Shown: positions 39,101 to 51,100 of the stretch, one piece after another
Position numbering within the stretch: the stretch's first letter is position 1
Layout of the letters: each line of letters starts with the position of its first letter
Assembly: GCA_002633005.1 (NCBI GenBank)
Contig: NMRA01000636.1
Location: forward strand, 109,529-173,528
DNA from: Phoronis australis
Lineage: Eukaryota; Animalia; Phoronida
Reading direction: 5' to 3'
Length of the DNA: 64,000 nt
Translations under genes and position numbers: made by a program
Notes under the pieces: model-generated
Databases searched by the model: none
Told to the model about the DNA's origin: nothing
Seen by the model: only the letters and a program-made list of their open reading frames with translations

Positions 39101-42100
39101 GAGATAGAGCAGCGGATGCCGAACGGACGGACGCCAGACAGACAGGGAAGACGGCATAATGCGTTCACATATAAATATGTGGGTGCATAAAAATTGCCAT
39201 TAGGGGTCGTTACAGCAGTCGAACCTGTCTGAAAATCAGATTTAGCCGCATCTTCTCATCAGAAACACATCTGCCAATTTTCACAATGATCCTTTGAGCA
39301 CTTCGGCGGATAATAAGTCGGACATAAAAATTCCACCACGTGGCGCAGAATGCGTCAGAGGTCAAATCCGTCTGAAAACGGGAAGGAATGATGGTCTCTT
39401 AAATAGCAACCCATTTGTAAAATTTCACGCAAGTAAATCAATGAACTCCAAACATACAGAGGCAAAAGTAAAAAACTTAAAATATCACTAGGGGGCAGAG
39501 CGGTAGTTAAAACGGTTCGAAATTCATGGTTGTCTGTAGTCAGCTTGAAAGAAACACATCTGTCAAATCTCATTATGATCCAACGAGGGTTTAGGAGATA
39601 GAGCTGCAGATGCCGGACGCCCAGACAGAGATGACGGCAATATGCAAACACATATAAATATGTGGGTGCATAACAAGAGATGGCAAACATTCGAAAACAT
39701 TTTCTTTCAATGTACTCTTCAACATTAGATTTTTGATTTTCCCATATTTTACTTGTATAAATTATTAGAAATCAGGTAAAACAAAACCAATCCAGTATAT
39801 ATTTCAATACGGTAAACCTGGTACAAACTAATGAACTCTTATGCTGGAATCTGTCGTTGAATTCAGTCAATACAAGTAATCACTCCTCTCAAACAGTTCA
39901 AAGGAACTAGTTAAAGCTGGTTAGTGTGTGTGCATCAACTGTCAGTTAAAATGTGTAGTGTCAAAGTCTTCTACATTAATCATTTGGAGAACTAGAGCTA
40001 TTACAGCTGTGCTGGATGAAACTGGAATCTTGTCAGCTCTCAGTCCATTTGTTTTACATAAAATAGTTTTACATAAAAGCACTTGGGTGCAGACTTATGT
40101 AAGTCATGCAGGATGAGTCTTAACTACCAGATGTGAAAAAGAAGGTAACTGGTTAAGCAAATGAACAATGTGGATAGCACTTCAAGGGCAAGGTAAACGG
40201 TAGACAGCATTTTAATCAAAATTAGTTATTACTTCATTGTATTATATTACTGTTTTTCTTGTTGAGGGCCCTCTTGGAAAGCAGTGCTATCACTGAAGAG
40301 GCCACCTTAACCCTCATTTTAAATATCACAATAATAAATAAATAAATAAATAAATAAAAACATGTCACTTACAGGGGCCCACATTCTGAGTAGCAATAGT
40401 CTCCACTGAATAATAACTACCCAACTGGTTCTCATTGTAAGTGACTAAGATATGCTAGAAAAAGCCTCATCAATTTGCATGAAAGTGAATAACTGATGCA
40501 ATTCACACCTACCAAAACTCTGATGCCTTCGTGTTCGAGTTGATCAGTCTTGTATGTTGACTCGCACACACGCACAACATCCCTGACGTTCCTCTTGCGA
40601 AGTTCCTACAATGTTCAGAACAGTCAATCACAATCAAATTGCAACATCAATAAAAGTGTTCAACAAAGTCATACACCTTATTACAGCAAATGTTTGGAGA
40701 CTGTTTTGGCAGAAGCTAAGACTTACAATGGAAAATCAACCAGTGCTGAAGTATTGCTGCTGTGTAACTCAGAGTCTTATTTCAATGTGATCCATCAAGC
40801 ATCATTTAAGATCACATCTATATACAACCACATATTTTCTGTCTGCATACAAAGACAATAGAAAATATAACCGAACACCTGGAGTTGGATCCAACTGGAC
40901 TGCGAGGGACGTTGGGGAGGGGGGTTCCCCTCCCACTGAGGACAAAATTTAATTTAAAGGTCATTTTCCTTGCACTTTAACACACTGTTTGCATGCTTTT
41001 TTCTTGTTCAAAGGACGAAACTAAACAAACATAAAAAGGTTTGATCTATTCAGGACGTGTGCATTGTCACCAGACTGCAAAAATTAAGATCTGTAAATCT
41101 TTTTTGTAAGATAATCTGTGTAGAGTTGCATTTTAGACAGATAATTCACACCATGACTTCAAAAGTCAATTTGTCTAGAAGCTCTCAAAAGAGATGTGTA
41201 TTACTTTAACACAAGTTAAGGCAGATAATTTAAACTCATGAGAAAAAATGAAGTTGCATTTGAAACAACATGAAGAAATATATCCTTGAGTACATGTGTC
41301 TACGTTTCATTACACCACACGGTACTGCAATTCATCGGCCGATTTCATAAAGGTGGTTTAACAAAACCAGGTTTAAGACTTAAACCTTGTCTTCCTAAAC
41401 CTGGTCTAATTTTAGACCTGACTTGCATTTCACCAACATGGTTTTTAAGAGTCTGAAAGCCTGGTTTTGCTAGACCAGGGAGCTGGTTCAGTAAAACCAG
41501 GTTAAAAGTATCAAAGGCACCCTACTGTGTCGAGCTGGGTAAACCCAACAAAGAAACTATTGAAGTGCTTCAATGAAACCTTGATCACATGGGTATACAA
41601 TGGCATACACTAGTAGAATCAGTGCAGACATTAACGAAAAACATCTAAAAGCTTTTCTCATGAGGAAAACTGTAATTTCTGTGCCTAACACTCACATTAA
41701 AGAACATGCTCCCGATTAGATGTAACATGTTAAATGCTTAAATTTATTTCCTTGTCATTTTGGTGTTTTGTTTCCGCGGCCAAAGGGGGAGCAAGACCCC
41801 TTCGTGACAACATTATATCGGAGAACAGTGGAGGTGGAACTCAGTCAGAGGAATCAGAAGATGCTGTCTGACAAATCCGAAGAGCTTACGACGATGACGC
41901 CTTACTCGACCAGTCGTATTCTGAGAAATCCGCAGGACACACTCCAGCAGGTACTGATCTACGCAGAGGTGGATCCACGGGGGTCAAGGGGTCCGGAGTC
42001 CCCTTTTTTCCCTTGATTTTAGTGATATCAAATCTATAATTTTTAAATTATTGACTTGGCCCCCCTTTCAAAAAGTCCTTGACCAACCCCCCCTTTAAAA

Positions 42101-45100
42101 AATCCTGGATCCGCCCCTGCTACGTTTGATCTTGTGTCATAGTAAAACTGAATATTGAAAATAGTCCACTTTCGCTCTAAAACTGCATCGCAAATGCACT
42201 CCACGGCATCATTCAGTTGTACCTACACCATGCAAGTCTGACATATTTAACAGTTAAACCTGGGTCTGACCAAGTCTTAAGTTAAACATGGTTTAATATC
42301 TTAATACAGGTCTAAATAATATAGACCTCGTTGGTGAAATGAAAACTGACTTAGACCAGGTCTAAACTGGAGATAAACCAGGTTTTACTAGACCAGTGGT
42401 CTAAAAGTTAAAGCACCTTAATGAAATGCAGGTTATCTTTAAACCTAGTCTAAGTCCAGTTTAAACAAGGTTTAACTTTAAACCACCTTAATAAAATTGG
42501 CTGCATAAGTCTACAGTGAACACATATCCTCAACAAATTCACAGCTGAGGCCCACCGCCGCTCCACAAAGGTGAAAATTTTCGCATATTTGCATTCGCGC
42601 TTGTGTACCCGGACTTGGCCTCTTATAAGATGACCAAAAAACTTCAGAACTCCGTGTTTGAATTTGGCACTGGTACTTTTATGTTTTCCCATCGTTTTTC
42701 CAAGCGCTTTACTCGCAAATTTGGAGTAGCCTGAAGTTTGGCTAAGGGCGTCGCCAATGGTTGCAGGGGACAACGTGGTTGTTAGCGTCCTCTGCAGTGG
42801 AGTATAAATGGATGCTCTGTTAAAATTGACACTTGCCAGGTCTAAAGTCGATCACAGTCTAACATACTATACTACAACAAATTTATTCTTCAAAAGAACC
42901 ATTATTTTCTTGCTGTTCAAGAGTCAAATCCCAGCTTGGTTCAAACCTAAAATAACAGGTGTAGTGCACGTGACCGGGTGACCTACTTTTTCCATATAAA
43001 GCGAACAGTGCCACACACAGAGCAAACTCGAATCGCCCAATACTCATGGAATTCTGCAAAAAGCTGAAGTATTTTGAAGGTTTTACTTTTATGCTAAGTT
43101 AGTCATTGAATACGTAACCAACATAAGACAAAGCATTTCATTTTTTTTGCGTGAAGTTTGCACTGCATTCTCGCGCATCAATATACATCGCTGAGTCTGG
43201 TCGGATTTTTTCAGAATTTTTTCATTCATGCGTTAGAGTTGCAACGGAACTGTGCGATCAAATTAAGGAAGTTTTATCTGGTTTGCATGTTCAATGACAT
43301 TTATGGCATTGGTACAGCAGGTCAGTCGACGGGTATCATTTTTTTCATGGTGTATGTCCTCCTATTTCAAATTGGCTGCTCTGTCGAATACACTTTGAGA
43401 GTGCCGCTTCAAGTTCCACGACGGCAACTAGCGTTAGGGGTATGGCAAATCCTTTGAACTTCGGGTCTGTGCACTTCAATTTCAAACATTAAGTGTCCAT
43501 GTACAGGTAGTTAGCGCTGGATGAAATATTTCTCCTCACTCGCCATGCGGGGTATTCCATATAAGGTCACCTTGACGTCAGAGAACAGGAAGGTATTCCC
43601 CTAAAAACATGGCTGCCCCGAGTATTTGCTGATCGTCACTGTGACATTTATACCGTATTCGCCCTAATAAGCGCCTATGTCCCTAAAAGCGCTGGCCCCC
43701 ACACGTTTTCAGACTTTGCTAAAATAAGCGCCCACTCTATGAATGCCGTGTACATGCGAAAAATGCCTTACCTACAGTTCAAAAATTCTACAGTAACAAC
43801 TTCAATTTATCAGTAAGATCCGACAGTCCTGAAAAATTCATTGTGCGCGGAATTTGTAGACCACGAGCCTCGCCGCTATGCCGGTATTTAGTCGTGACTA
43901 TACACTTCAAACTTCCGCCGGGCTTCAAAAAGAACGCACAAGTTTTGCTGATCTCGCAAGGGACATGTCGCATTATGGTCTGGCCTTTCAGAACAGACCT
44001 TTGAGCACGTGGCCAGGAAGCACGCACTACATTCAAGTACTTGTCATCGAAAATTATTAGTCTTCGGGAACTATCTATTCATAAACGGTAGCATAGCATT
44101 GGCAAGAAATAAATACTGGCACTTCTTTCCGAAAGTTTCTAATACTGTAAAAAAAACGTTCGCATTATTTTTAGGAGGAATTATTAAATCAATCGTAATT
44201 GGTATTTTTAAAGTCAAAATGACCCAATGATAATGAACACTTCCACACCCTTACACTCTCTGAATCTCCCGAAAAGTAACTGTTAGACTGTCACATATCC
44301 AGTTACCCGGCGACACAATATCGGCCTTACCGAGACAATTCTCGAACGTTTTTAGCAGATGAGATCAACAAGTGCTAAATAAAACACATTCTGTTTTTCT
44401 GCTTGTGTTGATTTCTTTTGTTACAATGCACACCTATATCGTTACATCATGTTTACTCTGGCAAATGACCTCTGATGACACACACGCGCTCGCTCACTCT
44501 CACACGCAGACGAAATTCAAAACAAACATCACGTGACAAAACATGTGTTCGTCCAGTGATTGTTCTTGTGTTGCGGAATACGATCTAGCACAGATTNAGC
44601 CAGCTCCCTGGTCTAGCAAAACCAGGCTTTCAGACTCTTAAACCATGTTGGTGAAATGCAAGTTAGGTCTAAAATTAGACCAGGTTTAGGAAGACCAGGT
44701 TTAAGTCTTAAACCTGGTTTCGTTAAACCACCTTTATGAAATCGGCTGATTCTGTTTTTCTGCTTGTGTTGATTTCTTTTGTTACAATGCACACCTATAT
44801 CGTTACATCATGTTTACTCTGGCAAATGACCTCTGATGACACACACGCGCTCGCTCACTCTCACACGCAGACGAAATTCAAAACAAACATCACGTGACAA
44901 AACATGTGTTCGTCCAGTGATTGTTCTTGTGTTGCGGAATACGATCTAGCACAGATTTGGACTTAATATGCAGTTAATCCAGACTCCACATGAACTAAAA
45001 AATGTCATGGACGTTATTTTGAATACTTAAGAACTTCAGGTTATTTGTCGAGTCGAAACTATATTTTTACTCAAGAATTCCAAATTGGCCTATCGGCGTT

Positions 45101-48100
45101 CGCGAGGCAGCGACGCATCAGTCGGCGAGTTTTTGCACTGGGTTTTACTGAAAATGCTCGGAATTTAACAACAAAGTTTGACAGCGGTGTACTACAATTC
45201 TGTAGAAACTCTGTCATAGGTTACAGATGTGTCACAGAGCATAAATTGGATGAATTCTCGCTTACAATTTCAATTGTTTCGGAAACCAGGTTTCAACCAC
45301 TTTGGGCTATAATAAGCGGCCCCTTTCCTAAAGCAAATTTTTCTAAGTGCCCTGGGCGCTTATTAGGGCGAATACGGTAGTAAAAATAGATGGCAATAGT
45401 CTGTAATGTTGAAGTTATTTCTGAATATTTATCGAAGTCAAACGATTGATTTTAGATTTCGATAAAATTTATTAATCATAAATGGTTTAAATTCTTCGTA
45501 CGTCGTAGTTTTCGGCAAGGTTGTCTTGAAACAGGCAATCTTTTTTGTGTTTAGGCCATACTGTCCAAGCAGTAATTTTTTAAAATGGCCTTCCCAATGA
45601 TGGCCAGGATGGCCGCTAGATGAGTCCCTGCACATACCCCCAAAATTTACACGATTTTGACTTTACTAAATTGTCAATGCCCATGAATACCCCTGATTTT
45701 TCAGTTTCTCAATACCCTCTACACTTAAGGGACAGGTACAAGAGTAAAAATTTTACAACACACAAATTTTGTTTATTGTCAGAAGAATAAGAAACTTAAA
45801 AGAAAACCCGATTACTTAGGAGATGAGAAACCGACTATAATCTCAGTGTTTTAGACAATGAGGGCAGCTCACAAGCAAGACATTTATGAGAAAACATTAG
45901 GATACGGAAATGACTGCAAAAGAGTGGTTTGCAGGTTAGATAGACACTTTCAGTTGCCCAAGACAATAGCGACTTGGGAAAATATCCATTTACACATTTT
46001 TCCTCAGGGCTCGACATTAGCTTTTATTTTAACTTGTCCAGTAAGACAAGTAGAAATGAAATTGACTTGTCCTGACCTATAAGTGGTATTTGCATTTGGA
46101 TTTCACTAGTGAACACGCACTTGCCTTCAAAGCGCTCGGAACTACGCTGGGACCTAGCTAAAATCAAAACTATGCCACATTACGTGAGATACTGCCGTGT
46201 ATTTAAATGAAAACACGTCACTTTGGCTACAACTATTTGAATGCAAGTGCCTGGGATCGCGTCCAGTCATGAGCTCTTGCACTGCATAATCTAAACACCT
46301 TGCCGATTTGTGCCGCATATTATCGACATTGATCGCTAAACAACTGAGTTATCACTGCTACAAAGAAGTTCTGATCGTTCAGATTTACTATAGTTTCCAG
46401 AAATTCATTAACTTGTTCTGTCGGACAAGCTGCTCGGCCATGAGTTTGTCCGGACCCACGAATTGATGAGCCCTATTCATGTACTAAATTATCACTCAGT
46501 TATTGATAATGAATGCATGAACTACTATTGATAATGAACGCATGAAGTCCTACTGTCAAACAAAACCGGACTCGCATATTCAAACAGCTGCACGATGGAG
46601 TAGGGAAAAAATAGCTGGTGGAAAATTTTTAACTCCTCAATTTGCAGTGATAATTTCCACAAATTTTGCTTTATCGAAGACTAAACCAGGAGTATCGTAG
46701 AATCATACTCACAAGCATCGCGTCTTACGCGATGAACCACTTACGAACATATGAATCATACATACGAACCCATAAATCAAGTAGGTAAAAACTTGACTTT
46801 TCTCATTCAAAAACACAAGTAAATTAGTTTCCTGGCATCTGTTTTCAACATTATTCCTCGAACGAGCCAAACCTGACATACGCCCTGTATGTGAATTGTA
46901 GGCACTAGAAAATGCCCCGTGGCCGCTGCTCGACTGTTCAGTGCTACCTACAATCTTGAGCGACCCTACGCGATGACTGTGATGATGGTGGCGATTGTGA
47001 GCAACACTATAACACACAAGTGACTAGAGAAGATGTGAGAAATCAGTAAATAGGCTACAGTCTTGAGCAACACTTGGCGAACAGCAAAATCAGTCAACAA
47101 AGGAACAGCGTTTTCAGAAAATCTCGAATAATTCAAAAAGTAGACGTCCTAGCGACAAATTGAAAATATCTTCTGAAAGTCCGTTCAAAACTTTATCTAA
47201 CCTGGCAGTTTTGCAAAATTCCGTAAACTTTTAGAAATTTTGCGGTTTTTTTTGGGAAATTCAAAGTCAAATAACTCAAAAACGGTAAGTCTGAGAAAAG
47301 CGTTATCGCAGAACGTTTGAAAGAGCATACTTCAAGGAATCCACATGCAAAAATTCACGTCATTTGCTCTTCCCATTAAAATGCGACCGCAGAACGATCG
47401 AAAATGGGTGAAAATGCGCCACAGCCGCCATCTTAAAAGCACAAACACGTGACGAGATTGAAAATGATTGGTTCGCCAATGCACCCTCTAGAGGAGAAAA
47501 CGTTCTCGGCCAGATATCGAGGTGCGCATGCCCTATTGCCGATGTTCCGCCATCTTTGACTGGAACTTACCGCGCAGTAGTGCCACTTTTGTGCTTTAAA
47601 AATCGTACTAATTTTCAGCCTTGTACGTCAAAAAATGCAGCCTCTACGAGCATTTGAATCTGAAACCGGAAACAAAATGGCCGCTATGTCTGCCATTTTG
47701 AATCTGATCGTGACCGAACACAATAGGCTTCTAGGACTTTCTGATCTACACGTCGTGTGCAAATTGCGTGCGGGTCGGACGAAAATTGCAACCTGTAGAG
47801 AGGGAACAAAAAAAACTTGACCAACATTCTGGGAATTCCGCCAAGTACAGACGGCAGACCAAAATACTTGTCGGAAAGATTTGGTCTTCGTAATGTTGTG
47901 TTTTGTGAACTCTACACTTCAAGCTATCTTTTCATGTAACCTCAACTGGCACAAACACAATATCAACAAGAAAAACAATATGAAAACCATCCTTGTGAAG
48001 ACATATGAAGCAGCCAAAAGGTATACATCAACTCCGTCTGAAATTTTGAATACACTAAGATTACAGAACAACTCTCTTGGCAACGGAAGTCAACAGGATG

Positions 48101-51100
48101 CTCATGAGTTTTTACTATGGTTACTGAAACAATGGCACATAGACACACTTGCTTACAATGCTGATAATGTATCGTCTGAGGTTACCAGTACCTTCCAAGT
48201 TCCAACAGGTAAAGAAGCAAACTGTGAGTTGTAATAACTGCTCTACATCAAAGGAAAAAATACAGATAGACAGGGAGTTGACCGTCTACCCCCCAGCACT
48301 GAGGAAAGAAATATGCAGGAGTTGTGGCACAGCTCATGGACATCGATGGACATCTAAGACTTTAGTTGCCCACACTGTAATAGTCTCAGTGGCTAGCTAA
48401 CTTGGTCATTATCAAAACTGCCAAAATACCTTTGTATTCACATCTTACGAACCACCACTAATGGTAAAAAAATCAGCACGCAGATTTCGTCGTATGACCT
48501 CTCTGGCTATAAAATAATAGCAGTCATTGAACACCATGGAAGAAACACGACATGTGGTCATTACACATGCTGTGTTAAATCGTCATCGTGGGAATGGATA
48601 AATTTTGACGACTCTAGTCACAAGTAAATCCAAGCCTCCCCTGGATATTGCAATATATGAATTATCTTCTGAAATCCAACAAAGGAAATTAACGTAAAAA
48701 ATATGGGGCACTTTCAACATAGACGTCGCACATCACATCTGATGCAAACACAAGTAAACATATTTTTGAAATTCATCTTGGTACGTGAATTGGGGATAGG
48801 CCTATAAAAGATCTTAAACCCAGCCGCAGAGCGTCTAAAGCCGTGCGCCGTACCAGTGTCTACTGGCAATTCATCGCAGACACAACTGTAACATTCTTCG
48901 CTATAGAGATAATAACTCTTGGGCTGTCTCTAGTCACTCCATTCATTCTTGAATGTTGTTCATGTAAATTTTGAGTTTGTATGCATTATTCATGGGTCCG
49001 TGTGCAAGATTCATACGTGGTTCGACGAACCACGTATCGTGTGAAAGATGCAATACTCAAGCGTATGATACTATGGTACCGCTGTTAACATAGCCCTCAT
49101 GTTAGACTCTCGAAAATGTAAGATTAAAACAACTAAACTGTACTACTATAAAAGAAATGAAGAGGAATACATTAACTAATTTTTAATCCCTAGTTCAGCC
49201 GCCCCTCACATTTCATTCAGTCGAACACCTACACAACAATATCCACAGTCAAAACAGTTGTGACTGTTTTAGGTGACAAGAAGAGTTTTTGTCAAATTAT
49301 TGTCTAGTATATCTCAACCTTATTCCCGAAAATTGAAAGTTTTTACAATGTTTCACTTATGTTTAACAAATCCCTTATCTTCATTTTCAGGGAGCTTCAA
49401 ATAAGAAATATATTAATATACTGTGTAGCAAGAAACAAAAGATTTAGCAGAACCACCTTGGGAAACGAACAACTGCATGCAAATTTGTTAACTACTCATC
49501 CGAGTTTACAGGGGCTGTCATTCAAATAGAATCTCCCGCCACGCATAAAACAGTTCTGTATGTACCCTCAGTTTTTTCATTCACCATAATATTGAGACAA
49601 TGAGGGGTTCATAGGATAGAAAGATGACAGGGAAAACAAAGACAAAAAGCAGTTTTGATCCTGAGGGAGTTGTTCGTCATGCATATGATTGTTGAGAATA
49701 TAAATCGGTAAATAAAACAAGAATGGATCAACTGAACTTTGAAATTTTTGGATGTAGTAACTTCCTTTGTCAACAAAAACAGGAGTCCAAGTCGCTTCAG
49801 GCCTCTGTGACTTGTTCACGAACCCAGCAAGATGCCAAAAGGGTAAATCCTCACCCAAATTCATTAATTTGATTGGTGGCTTGACATTTCACTATTTCCA
49901 TCTCATGCACACGACATGTTTTAACCACCAACGCCATTTCTTTTGTCCATTTCGCACTTTGTAAATTGTTTCATATCTGTACCCTGGCAGGCGGTGTGTA
50001 CAACAATGAAATGTTGATCTACTTTCAAATTCAGTTGACATTGTGAGAGAATGTACAAATATCGAACATGGTTAAGGCATGTATAAGTTATATTGACCAA
50101 ACACAAGTTTTTACCGAAAAATTAAGCAGTATCCGTCAAATTTTGAAGACCTGCGACATATTCCACTTCTTCTCAGCTTTGGCAAATCGATTTAATTTCA
50201 ACTTACAAACACGAGTTCTCGAAAATGGTATAGCAAATTTTACTGAAACGCTATTAAAATTTTCATATTAAACACCTAGTTTTTGCGTACCATAAGAGAG
50301 ACGAATACGACTGCTACTGCTATTTTTACAACAAGAGGAATGCGAAGCGTTGAAATGCGCCCTCAAAAGCATCGCAAATTGCTGTCAGAACTTCAGAGAA
50401 ACAAAGGAAAACAGTACAAAACGAAATTGCCACTTGTAGGCACAACGTCCGTTCAATCCGCCTGACAGTCATTGTCTGTTATCTTCACATAAATTCACTT
50501 ACTAAATTTAATAAAGATCCTCCAGTGGATTTTGGAGATACAGTTATGGGAGAAAAAACAAAACAAAACTACCACTAGGAGGTGCCACAGTAGTCAGTCG
50601 CCATCATCAAACGTCCTCTTCACACTGAAAACATATAGACCAATTTTTAAAACCATTCCCAGAATGATTTGGTTGATCGAGGGGTGGACGCCAAAAACAA
50701 GATTTGAAAACAGCAAAAATGGCCACCAGATGGCAAAAAATACCTCAATTCCATCACAAAACAGGATGATATCGTAGATGCCTATATTCAAACTTTTATA
50801 AAAATCTGTTGAGGACCTTTGAAGATACATACTGGTAAACATAAAAAAATAAACTTGCCACTAGGGGGCACACCAAGTCAGATCGGTCCGAAAGTCGTCG
50901 TTGTCTGTTGTCAACATCATATAAATACACTTGCTAAATTAAGTAAAGATCCTGCAAACATTTTAGGAGATACAGCGATAAGCGCAAAAAACAAAATTGC
51001 GACTAGGAGGCGCCACAGTAGTCAAACTCGTCGGAAAATCATGGTCAGCCATCAACTTCATAGTAAAACCATATATGCCAATTTTCACAATTATCCTGAA

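Larger units (their letters stand above)
43653..45377. mobile_element. pogo/Tigger-like non-autonomous element (TA TSD)
   Basis: TA|CCGTATTCGCCCTAATAAGCGCC...GGCGCTTATTAGGGCGAATACGG|TA, perfect 23-bp TIR. Confidence 0.88.
46695..49076. mobile_element. Old TA-flanked TIR element (pogo/Tc1-mariner-like) carrying a USP pseudogene and a nested family B copy
   Basis: TA|TCGTAGAATCATAC...GTATGATACTATGG|TA; degenerate ~85-bp TIRs ending acgaacccataaat / attcatgggtccgt. Confidence 0.6.
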
